This document shows, in pieces, positions 50,345 to 58,983 of a DNA stretch of 64,000 bases (positions within the stretch are counted from its first letter, which is position 1; each line of letters starts with the position of its first letter). Below the pieces are notes generated by a model. That model was not told the DNA's origin. It was given only the letters and a program-made list of their open reading frames with translations, and searched no databases. The stretch covers positions 407,435-471,434 of the forward strand of contig JAOSKE010000002.1 in assembly GCA_027493775.1 (NCBI GenBank), in the 5' to 3' direction. Both the position numbers and the translations under genes were made by a program. The stretch comes from Kiritimatiellia bacterium (lineage in GTDB: Bacteria > Verrucomicrobiota > Kiritimatiellia > CAIVKH01).

Positions 50345-50844
50345 TGTTCTTCGCTCTCCGTCTTCCGTTTCAATTGTTTCGTATCTTCCAAAATCGTCAG
50401 CAGCACATCCGCGATCGCGCGGTCAATTCGGTCGCGCGTGAAGCGATACACATCCAGCGACATCCCGATCGGGTCTGGAATATCCTCCATCCGCCGATCC
50501 GTGCCGAATTCCGTCAGCAGGCGCACCCGATCCCGCGCCTCGGGGAACATCGAAAGCACCGCCTGTGCATGACCGCGCGTCATCACAATAATCCAATCGG
50601 ACTCTTCCACCAACTTTTGCGTCAGTGGCTGGCTGCGGTGCTGGCGGACATCAATCTGCCACTCGCGCAGTGCAACCAACGCCTCCGCGCTCGCGGGCAC
50701 GCCCGTCAGTGCGGCGACGCCGGCGGATTTTACGCGCCAACCCGGACGGTTTCCGAGCCGATGCCGCAAAATCGCCTCCGCCATCGGGCTGCGACAAATG
50801 TTGCCCGTGCAGACAAACAAAACTTGATGTGTAGCTTCAGCCAT
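50341..50844 (-). CDS. low-molecular-weight protein tyrosine phosphatase (or arsenate reductase-like)
   Basis: P-loop motif [17 protein letters not shown]. Start at ATG 50844 preceded by GAGAGAGGGAAA; the ORF track start 50916 runs through the palindromic operator. Confidence 0.8.
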   Translation of the reverse strand: MAEATHQVLFVCTGNICRSPMAEAILRHRLGNRPGWRVKSAGVAALTGVPASAEALVALREWQIDVRQHRSQPLTQKLVEESDWIIVMTRGHAQAVLSMFPEARDRVRLLTEFGTDRRMEDIPDPIGMSLDVYRFTRDRIDRAIADVLLTILEDTKQLKRKTESEEQ

Positions 50845-50878
50845 TTCGTAAAAGCGTTTCCCTCTCTCAACCAAAAAC

Positions 50879-50925
50879 TTCCAAGGGTTGGAAGAACCGT
50901 TCCGCGCGACTTCCAAGGCTTGGAA
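50879..50925. promoter_or_regulatory. pair of 15-bp palindromic sites TTCCAA-N3-TTGGAA (candidate operator) upstream of the PTP/rpiB-glyA operon
   Basis: TTCCAAGGGTTGGAA (50879-50893) and TTCCAAGGCTTGGAA (50911-50925), centres 32 bp apart, 35-81 nt upstream of the minus-strand start at 50844. Confidence 0.55.
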
Positions 50926-50944
50926 CTTTTGCCCACAGTCGGCG

Positions 50945-52264
50945 TTACAACGCGGACGATAGCGGGCCGGGCCGGATATTCAAGGCTTTGAGTCCCAACA
51001 AAACATCCACGGCCCGCTGCAACGCCGCATCGCCGCGAATCCGGTCGCGCAACGCGAGGTCGGAATCTTCCTGATCCAATCGAATCCGACGATCCACCCC
51101 CAGCTCCGGCTCGTACTCAACTTTGCCGGGGCCCGCAGGCAGAATCACGGTCGGTTTCACGCCCGACCGCCCGTCGAGCACGATGCCATCTCCCACAAGC
51201 AGCTTCCGCGTTGCAATGCAAAGTGACTCGCTGTCAGAAATGGAAATGACATCGCGGATGGCGGGGTCGCCCGCAGTCTCGCGCCCGATCACGAGCGTTC
51301 CGCGCAAGCTGCCTGCCGCCGTCGCAGCCAGCGCTTCCGCCGCGCCGGAAGTGTGTTCGTCCACGAGAACCATCACAGGCAAATCAATCGGCGCGGATCC
51401 ACCGGCTTGATAGTTCGTCAGCGTATTGCCGTCGCGATCGAGAAATGAAAACAGCGCCGAACCGGGCGATGCAAACGCGCCGGCAATCTGCGCCGCGCTG
51501 GCAACGTCGCTCCCATCTGCACCGCGCAAATCGAGAATGCCTCCCGCGAGTTTTGCGTCCGCCCACGCCTGCAACTGCGTCAACACCCCCTCGCCGGAAC
51601 CCGCATTCAATCCATTTACTCGCGCATAGCCGATGTCGCGCGGCCACATTTCCGAAACTTCGAACAGGGGGAACGGCGACAACACCCGCTCAACGCGAGT
51701 GGTGGCGGGAGCATTCGTGCCGCGCACGTAAATCAGCTCCGTGCCGCCCGCCGTATGGCCGCGCAACTGGCGCAACGCATCGCTTAACGTGACGTTGGTG
51801 GCCGGCGCGCCCTGAATGGAAATAATGCGATCTCCCGTGCGCAAACTCTCCCCAAGGTCGGCTGGCGCGGCGACGACCACCGGCGTTGCATTCGAAATGG
51901 TCAGGCGGATATCCGTGTGGTAATCCACGCCCGCTTGTTCGTGTTGCCAGTGCTCCAACTCAGCCGCGGTGAAAAGTCGCGCCTGCGGATCCACGATGCG
52001 CGCAACACATTCGTAGAGCGGCGCACGTTCCTCGTCGCCGGTCAGTTGAATGCCGTGCGCCGCCAGATTCGCCAACAGCGCATCCACGTCGGCAACCAAT
52101 GGGTGTTTTGCGGGATCAGGCTCCGGCGTCGTCGCGACAACTTCTGCGTCGAGTTCCAAGACCGGCTCCGCAGCGAGATTCTCCTCAGCAACCTGCGCAT
52201 GAAGGCCGACAGGCAAAAGAAGTACGCCGAAGAGAAACAGCAGTATTTGTCTTAGTTCATTCAT
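50945..52264 (-). CDS. S41-family peptidase (C-terminal processing protease-like), secreted
   Basis: Signal peptide MNELRQILLFLFGVLLLPVGLHA; S41-like catalytic region (...VLVDEHTSGAAEALA...). Confidence 0.65.
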   Translation of the reverse strand: MNELRQILLFLFGVLLLPVGLHAQVAEENLAAEPVLELDAEVVATTPEPDPAKHPLVADVDALLANLAAHGIQLTGDEERAPLYECVARIVDPQARLFTAAELEHWQHEQAGVDYHTDIRLTISNATPVVVAAPADLGESLRTGDRIISIQGAPATNVTLSDALRQLRGHTAGGTELIYVRGTNAPATTRVERVLSPFPLFEVSEMWPRDIGYARVNGLNAGSGEGVLTQLQAWADAKLAGGILDLRGADGSDVASAAQIAGAFASPGSALFSFLDRDGNTLTNYQAGGSAPIDLPVMVLVDEHTSGAAEALAATAAGSLRGTLVIGRETAGDPAIRDVISISDSESLCIATRKLLVGDGIVLDGRSGVKPTVILPAGPGKVEYEPELGVDRRIRLDQEDSDLALRDRIRGDAALQRAVDVLLGLKALNIRPGPLSSAL

Positions 52265-53544
52265 AGCAAAAGCGCCCGCCATGCAATATCCTTCCGATAG
52301 TGTGCGTTCGCAAAGCTAATTTTTTCGGCCGCCCCGTATGCCCGCGACACCGCATCGCGCAAACTCGCCCCCATTGCGGTCACGCCGAGAACGCGACCGC
52401 CGTTTGTGACCACTTCCCTGTCCTTTAATAGAGTCCCCGCGTGGAACACCACAGCGCTCTGTTGTTGCGCGGCTGCTGACAGCCCGGAAATTGTGTCGCC
52501 ACACGCATACGAGCCGGGGTAGCCGCCGGCCACCATTACGACGCAGGCACAGGCTTCGTCCTTCCACCGTACAAGCTCATCGCGCAGCTCGCCGTCCGCG
52601 CACGCATCCAGCGCGGGGAGCAAATCGCCGTCCCAACGCGGGAGAATCGCCTGAATTTCGGGATCGCCGAAGCGACAATTGAACTCAAGCACCCTCATAC
52701 CACGGGCGGTCAGCATCAATCCCGCGTACAACACGCCGCGATAGATGATGCCGCGGTTGCGAAGCTCCCTCAGCGTCGGTTCAAAAACAGTCTTGCGAAC
52801 AACTGGCCACAACTCGTCGCTCACGACAGGCGCCGGTGAATAGGCCCCCATCCCGCCCGTGTTTGGCCCCTGATCGCCATCGAAAACACGTTTGTGATCC
52901 TGCGCAGAGGCGAGCATCACAAGATGCTCGCCATCGGTCAGCGCGAGGATGGATGCTTCCTCTCCTTCGAGAAATTCTTCAATCACAACTTGCGCGCCGG
53001 AGCTGCCAAACGCGCCGCGCACCATCATTTCTTCAATCGCCGACTCCGCCGCCGTCAGCGTCTCGCAAATCACAACGCCCTTCCCCGCCGCTAGTCCGTC
53101 GGCTTTCACAACCAATGGCAGTTGCGCCCCACGCGCGTAAATCAGCGCTTCGCCGACTTCGGTGAACGAGGCCGATTTGGCTGTCGGCACACCCGCCTTG
53201 AGCATCACGTCTTTGGAAAAAACCTTGCTGCCTTCGATCTGAGCGGCGGCCTTGTTCGGCCCGAATACGCGCAAGCCTTCGGCCTGCAATCGGTCTGTGA
53301 GCCCGGCGCACAAGGGGGCTTCCGGCCCGATGACGACGAGGTGCGGCCGATGTTCAATTGCCCACGCGACAAGTCCTTCGCAATCCGTCGCGGCAAGATC
53401 AAGGTTCGTTGCGATTTCCGCCGTTCCCGCGTTTCCGGGCGCGCAGACCAAGCGCGGTTGCGCACTGTCCTGCGCGAGCTTCCACGCCAACGCGTGTTCG
53501 CGGCCCCCGCCGCCGACAATTAAAATCAGAGGATGGCTGTTCAT
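52261..53544 (-). CDS. purD: phosphoribosylamine--glycine ligase
   Basis: MNSHPLILIVGGGGREHALAWKL... ATP-grasp pattern; 427 aa. Confidence 0.9.
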   Translation of the reverse strand: MNSHPLILIVGGGGREHALAWKLAQDSAQPRLVCAPGNAGTAEIATNLDLAATDCEGLVAWAIEHRPHLVVIGPEAPLCAGLTDRLQAEGLRVFGPNKAAAQIEGSKVFSKDVMLKAGVPTAKSASFTEVGEALIYARGAQLPLVVKADGLAAGKGVVICETLTAAESAIEEMMVRGAFGSSGAQVVIEEFLEGEEASILALTDGEHLVMLASAQDHKRVFDGDQGPNTGGMGAYSPAPVVSDELWPVVRKTVFEPTLRELRNRGIIYRGVLYAGLMLTARGMRVLEFNCRFGDPEIQAILPRWDGDLLPALDACADGELRDELVRWKDEACACVVMVAGGYPGSYACGDTISGLSAAAQQQSAVVFHAGTLLKDREVVTNGGRVLGVTAMGASLRDAVSRAYGAAEKISFANAHYRKDIAWRALLL

Positions 53545-53636
53545 AGGGGCGCGAGTGTAGGAAGGCGCGCCTCAAATAACAGATAAAATCAGGTTAGGAA
53601 AAGACGAAGGCGAAGAATCGTCAACGGTGGCGCTAA

Positions 53637-54798
53637 TTAGAAAATATCTATTTCGACATCGTCCGAACTTTCGTTCGCCACACGCGCGGGAGTCTCATCG
53701 CGACCGGACGGAAGGCGGAACGAGGAAGGCGCCTTGCCCGTGCGTTTATATTCTTTGAAGTCCTGAACGAGATCGAGCAACTGAACGCGCTGCAAATATC
53801 CCTCGTCCATCGTCTTGTAGTTCACGATGTGTGAGTAGGGAATGTTGTCCAAGAGCGCCGGGTTCCGCATCTTCTTGCGGTTCACATAATTGCCGCCCTG
53901 TTGCTCGTTCCACTTCAACAATTCGCGCGTGGAAATGCCGTCGGCCCACATGCAATCGGTCGGCACCAACTGACGCTGGATACCCGCGTCCTCGCTACTC
54001 CACTCCAGGCGGCTGACGGCGTGAACGAAGACTTCGCAGAATGCGTACTTCACGTCATAGGAGAGTCCGGCAAGCATCTCAATCTGAACCTTGTCTTCCT
54101 GCTGCGGGTGTTCCGTCAACTGGTCGAGCACGAGTTTGTCGTTGATCCACATCCGTGCGCCATCGTCGGATTGTAGATAGAGGGTGTAGTGGCCGCTGCG
54201 TTTCGGAACAATGCGCCCGGTCCAGATAACGGAGAATAGGTCGGGCTTAACGCGGCCCGGCCAGGGACTGGACTCGCCCCAGTTTTTATTCAGCGTCTCG
54301 TCAATTCGCATCAGTGTTGGGCCGGTGAAGTCCACGTTCGCAAAATAGGAGCCGAGCAAACCATTTTCTGTCGCGCGCGAGCCGTAGCGACCTTTCAGCG
54401 TGCCCATGGATTGCGAATCGCCACCGAGCGCCTTGAAGGTGAGTGGGGAGTCGGACGGCAGGATACTCGGCAGCTCATCCACCATCGAAGGCGTTTCCGG
54501 CGTCACATCCGCGAGTTTCTGCGCGATATCGTCGAGAAGCGGCTGCGTATCACTTTCGCTGATCACGTCGTCGTTGAGATCCTGCAACGGCTCAATCGGG
54601 TCCCAGTTCCTTAATGTCGTCCAATTCAAGCTGTTCATCCTGAACGAGCTTCGTCTCCAAATCCGGCGTCGTACTGCTCGAGCTGAAGACCAGAAAGTGC
54701 AAAAGCGCATAAAACAAAAGGATGTGGGCCAGCACAGAAATGGCTGGGCCGCTTGAGCGCTGCAAAAATCGTATGAAAGGGCTGTTTTTATTCATCAC
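53637..54798 (-). CDS. membrane-anchored PA14 domain protein; probably frameshifted near 54595-54605
   Basis: ORF 54592-54798 gives an N-terminal TM anchor plus acidic linker ending ...DDIKELGPD-stop; ORF 53637-54710 continues the acidic linker (...IEPLQDLNDDVISESD) in another frame and contains a PA14-like domain (GLLGSYFANVDFTGP...HYTLYLQSDDGARMWIND). Confidence 0.6.
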
Positions 54799-54922
54799 GT
54801 TTCCCGATTTGTTAACCTCTACGATAGTTTAACGAGAATTGCACTTCCGAAATTACGGGCGCCGAAAGAATTTGCCGTGTCCAGCCTCGCAGCGAGCGCG
54901 ACACTATGCTAGTGGTTAACGA

Positions 54923-55798
54923 ATGCGGCTCGGGCCACTCATAATTTGTCTGACACTCGCCGCGAGTTCCGTCGCGCGGGCGCAAATTCCGCGCGACGAC
55001 TTTCGTTTTCGTGTGCCACTGGAGGGAACGCTGACTAGCGGCGCGCTCTACCGGGTACTCATCCCCGGCCCCATTTTTTCCGGCAGCCAATCGTTTCCAG
55101 CCGATTTGCGTCTGTTGGACGAACATGGAGCCGAGTGGCCGTTCTTCATCCAACAAAGCGACGACGACGAATCGCTGACCCCCACCCCGCTGAGCCAACT
55201 TTCGCCGCCGACCGACTACGTGCCGCAGGAAGACATTCAGTCCGTCTTCTTCGAGCCGCAGTTTGAGCACCAGCCACTGCGCTTCCTTGTACTCAATGTC
55301 GAAAACAAGGAGTTCACGCGCCCGATCAAAGTCTTCGGGCGACACTCCGACCTCGCCCGCTGGCGCTTGGTGGGAAATGGCGCGATTCACCGAATTGAAG
55401 GACTGGAGCGCAACAAGATCAACCTCCACAACAACGGATTCCGTTACCTGCGCCTCGACGTGTATAACTATGAAGAGCCGGAGCTGGTGATCACCGACGC
55501 GCATGCGTTGGCCGAAACGCAGTTCGTCGTCACCCGCGCCGCGAGCAGCGGTCGGGCGTGGATTTACTTCGGCTCCGACACGTTTTTTCTTCCGCGCTTC
55601 GATCTGCAACACTCCCTTTCGCGCACGGAGCTGACGAATGCCACCCCCGTCAGCGCCGGGGCGCGTGAACGGAACCCCTACCGGCTGACTCAGGAAATTT
55701 GGCTCTACGCCCGCCTCTTGCTCTACGTCGTTCTCGACGGCGGCGTAATTTTTATTGCCCTGGCGTGGATGAAAAAATTCCGAACGCGGTCCGGTTGA
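54923..55798 (+). CDS. hypothetical secreted protein with C-terminal TM anchor
   Basis: Signal peptide MRLGPLIICLTLAASSVARA and C-terminal hydrophobic helix (LLLYVVLDGGVIFIALAWM). Confidence 0.5.
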   Translation: MRLGPLIICLTLAASSVARAQIPRDDFRFRVPLEGTLTSGALYRVLIPGPIFSGSQSFPADLRLLDEHGAEWPFFIQQSDDDESLTPTPLSQLSPPTDYVPQEDIQSVFFEPQFEHQPLRFLVLNVENKEFTRPIKVFGRHSDLARWRLVGNGAIHRIEGLERNKINLHNNGFRYLRLDVYNYEEPELVITDAHALAETQFVVTRAASSGRAWIYFGSDTFFLPRFDLQHSLSRTELTNATPVSAGARERNPYRLTQEIWLYARLLLYVVLDGGVIFIALAWMKKFRTRSG

Positions 55799-55808
55799 TT
55801 CACGCAAA

Positions 55809-56744
55809 TTAGCGGCTTTTCCCCGCTTCCAACAGTTCCAGCGCAGCATCAATAACGGGCGCAGCGCATTGATCGTTTAGATTCAATCCGTCACGAACGA
55901 CACGTTGTTGTTTTCCGTATGGCCCGGTCTTGATCGGATCGGTCGGGCCAAAAATTGCAACAGTGGGAATTCCCACCGCGGCGGCGAGGTGCATGGGGCC
56001 GGAGTCCACCGTGATGAGCAGGTCGAGGTCACGCAGCAGGCCGCCCAACTCCAGGATGGAAGTCCGACCGCACCAATTCTGAGCGCTTTCCCCGATCAGC
56101 TCCGTCAGCGCCGCGCAGGCTTCCGCATCGGCCGGCCCGCCGAGCACGACAAAACTCGCCTGCGCTTTTGGGCCCAGCGCTCGTGCGACTTCGGCAAACC
56201 GTTCAATCGGCCAGTTCTTCTCCGTTCGCCGCGAGCAGGGCAGTAATCCGATGCGGGGATGTGGAAGATCCAACGAAATTTTGGGAAATTTTACCGGGAA
56301 CTCAACCGGCGCATCGGGCAGGCCAAGGAATCGCGCGGTATCCAAACACTCCTCTACCGCGTGACGTTTTTTGTTCGTCGGGCCGGACACCGCGTCGTAA
56401 AAAATATGCGAGCCTTCGCGACTGAACGACGGGCCGATTCTTCGCGCTGCGCGGGCAGCGCGGATCACCATCGCGCTTTTGAGCAGCCCCTGAAAATCGA
56501 GCGCGAGATCGTATTCCTCTTTGCGAAGCGCCGCAAAAAATGCGCTCGCGTCACGAACAAACGAATGGCGCGGATAGGCAATCGCACGACTCACCGGGAC
56601 GAACGCCGCAACGAGGTCGAGATACATTCGGTGACAGACCCAGTCCACTTCCGCGCCCGTGTGCCGCTGAATCAGATTCACCGCAGGGAGCGCGTGAAAC
56701 AAATCGCCAAGCGAGCTGAGTTTGACGACGAGGATTCGCTTCAT
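55809..56744 (-). CDS. glycosyltransferase family 9 (heptosyltransferase-like)
   Basis: MKRILVVKLSSLGDLFHALPA... and C-terminal ...DSGPMHLAAAVGIPTVAIFGPTDP typical of GT9. Confidence 0.8.
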   Translation of the reverse strand: MKRILVVKLSSLGDLFHALPAVNLIQRHTGAEVDWVCHRMYLDLVAAFVPVSRAIAYPRHSFVRDASAFFAALRKEEYDLALDFQGLLKSAMVIRAARAARRIGPSFSREGSHIFYDAVSGPTNKKRHAVEECLDTARFLGLPDAPVEFPVKFPKISLDLPHPRIGLLPCSRRTEKNWPIERFAEVARALGPKAQASFVVLGGPADAEACAALTELIGESAQNWCGRTSILELGGLLRDLDLLITVDSGPMHLAAAVGIPTVAIFGPTDPIKTGPYGKQQRVVRDGLNLNDQCAAPVIDAALELLEAGKSR

Positions 56745-56769
56745 AATTCGCACGGAATCAGACTACGCC

Positions 56770-57708
56770 CTATTTTTTTACCGACGCCAACAGGAGGAGC
56801 ATGACCGCCTTCTGCGCGTGCAGACGATTTTCCGCCTGATCGAAAACCACGGACTGCGGGCCGTCAATGACCTCGGCCGTCTGTTCACAACCCCGCACCG
56901 CCGGGAGGCAGTTCATAAAAATCGCGTCCTTCTTCGCCCGCTTCATCAGCGCGGCATTCACCTGATAGGGCGTGAACATCTTGATACGCGAGTCCTGCTT
57001 GTGCTGTGGAATGTGATAGCTCATCCAGGAATCGGTATAGACCACATCTGCGCCCACCACCGCCTCTGCGGCGTCGCTTGTGAGAACGATTTTTGCGTCG
57101 GTCTCTTTTGCAATTTCCTTTGCGCTTGCGACTACCGTATCGAGCGGCTCGTACTCTTCGCCCTTCGGGCAACCGACGCTAATGTCCATGCCCACTTTCG
57201 CACAGCCGAACAGCAGCGAGTGAGTCATGTTGTTGTTTCCATCGCCAAGGTACGCGAGCTTGATGCCCTTCAATGCGCCCTTTTTCTCCCGAATTGTTTG
57301 AAAATCCGCAAGAATCTGGCACGGGTGCTCGTAGTTCGTCAGCGCATTGATCACCGGCACGCCCGCAAGCCGCGCCATCTCTTCAATGTGCGCCTGCTCA
57401 TAGAGACGGCCCATAATGATATCCACGTAACGACTCACGACACGGACCAAGTCGGCGACGTTCTCTTTGCCGGAGCTTAGCGGCGAAGTTGCAAGGTCGT
57501 AAAAAATGGCGTGACCGCCCATTTGCGTCGCGCCGGTTTCGAACGACACGCGGGTGCGCAGGCTCGGCTTTTCGAAAATCATCATCAGCGTCTTGCGCCG
57601 CATCGAATCGTGATATTCTTCCGGCTTTGCCTTGACCCTGTCGGCCAGATCAACGATTTCCAACAACTCTGCGGTGGACCAATTCTCAAGTGTAATCAGA
57701 TGTTTCAT
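56770..57708 (-). CDS. argF: ornithine carbamoyltransferase-family protein
   Basis: Carbamoyltransferase motifs SLRTRVSFE (variant of STRTR), HPCQILAD and CLPAVRG; 312 aa. Substrate specificity is inferred only. Confidence 0.7.
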   Translation of the reverse strand: MKHLITLENWSTAELLEIVDLADRVKAKPEEYHDSMRRKTLMMIFEKPSLRTRVSFETGATQMGGHAIFYDLATSPLSSGKENVADLVRVVSRYVDIIMGRLYEQAHIEEMARLAGVPVINALTNYEHPCQILADFQTIREKKGALKGIKLAYLGDGNNNMTHSLLFGCAKVGMDISVGCPKGEEYEPLDTVVASAKEIAKETDAKIVLTSDAAEAVVGADVVYTDSWMSYHIPQHKQDSRIKMFTPYQVNAALMKRAKKDAIFMNCLPAVRGCEQTAEVIDGPQSVVFDQAENRLHAQKAVMLLLLASVKK

Positions 57709-57717
57709 TTTGCGCCT

Positions 57718-58809
57718 CTAGCTCATCAGGTCTTCATAATAGCTGTTAATTTCGTGATCGCGCTCAAAAATCATTAAAATCAGCGTCGCGCGCACCCACA
57801 TTCCATTCCGCACCTGCCGCCAGTATTTCGCGCGGGGGTCCGCGTCCACCTCCGGCGCAATCTCGTGACGTCGCGGAAGCGGGTGCAAAATGATGGCCTT
57901 CTCCTTGAGCACGGAAAGATGTTCCGCGCGCAGATAGAACTTCGTGATGTCAACTGCCCCGCTCTCGCCCGCCTGATCCCACTCGTCCTGAATGCGGGTC
58001 ATATAGACTGCATCCAGCTCCGGCAGCACCTTTTCAAAGTCCGACGTGACCTCGTATTCCATCCCCGCCGCGTCGAGTTTTTCCAAAATATCCGATCCAA
58101 TTTGCAGTTGTTCGGGCGCGACAAAATACTGCTTCACTCCGGGATAGTGCCGCAGCAGCAGTGAAAGAGAACGCACGGTGCGCCCACGCAGAAGGTCGCC
58201 GACAAACGCAATTTTTGCGCCCTCCAAACCGCCGCGTCGAATTTCGAGACTTCGCTGGAGCGAGTAAATATCCAGCAGCGCCTGAGTCGGATGCTGATCC
58301 TTCCCCGACCCCGCATTGATCACCGGCACCGGACGATCCGTTCCGGAGAGCATCCATGCGATGCGCTCCGCAAACCCGCCCTGCGGGTGGCGCATAATGA
58401 TGAGGTCGAAGTAGGAGCTGAACGTACGGACGGAATCCTCCTGCGACTCACCCTTGACCTCCGACGATGTCCGCGCGTCGCGCACCTCCGCCGGTTGAAT
58501 TCCGAGGATTTGGCACGCGGCATAAAAAGAAAGGAACGTTCGCGTGGAGGGCTGCGCGAAATACAACATCGCGCGTTTCTCCGAAAGAAGGTCTTGTAAA
58601 AACTTCATCCCTCCGCGCGTCTTCCCGATCTTCCGCATCTTCGTCGCTGTATCCACGATGCGATCGAGCAGCGGGCGATCAAACTGCTCCGCAATCAACG
58701 CGTGATACGGCCGGCCGTTGTGATTCAGCAACGGCCCCTTTTCCTTCGGCGCCATCGCATGAAATGTCTCCCAAGGAATCCCCCGCAATGCCTTATGTCT
58801 AAAAACCAT
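57718..58809 (-). CDS. pyrB: aspartate carbamoyltransferase catalytic subunit
   Basis: Motifs PSTRTFLSF, HPTQALLD and HPLPRR. The N-terminal extension is uncertain (alternative ATG at 58755). Confidence 0.75.
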   Translation of the reverse strand: MVFRHKALRGIPWETFHAMAPKEKGPLLNHNGRPYHALIAEQFDRPLLDRIVDTATKMRKIGKTRGGMKFLQDLLSEKRAMLYFAQPSTRTFLSFYAACQILGIQPAEVRDARTSSEVKGESQEDSVRTFSSYFDLIIMRHPQGGFAERIAWMLSGTDRPVPVINAGSGKDQHPTQALLDIYSLQRSLEIRRGGLEGAKIAFVGDLLRGRTVRSLSLLLRHYPGVKQYFVAPEQLQIGSDILEKLDAAGMEYEVTSDFEKVLPELDAVYMTRIQDEWDQAGESGAVDITKFYLRAEHLSVLKEKAIILHPLPRRHEIAPEVDADPRAKYWRQVRNGMWVRATLILMIFERDHEINSYYEDLMS

Positions 58810-58983
58810 GCGGATGCGATACAGCGCGGCGAAGATTTAGGCAATATGAAAAGAGAATCGCCTTCTTTTCGCCTTTTAGACCCGGACAGCGACAGGTCGG
58901 CACGGGCAGGGCATGCCATGTCCCTACGAATCATAACGGGAATCTAACGTGACGTTTCTGCTGGCGTGGCGCACAACTTCGGC

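Noticed and set aside
50845-50916. N-terminal extension MEVARNGSSNPWKFLVERGKRFYE of the PTP ORF
   Set aside because: Also reads through the palindromic motif; ATG 50844 with a strong ribosome-binding site is the likelier start.
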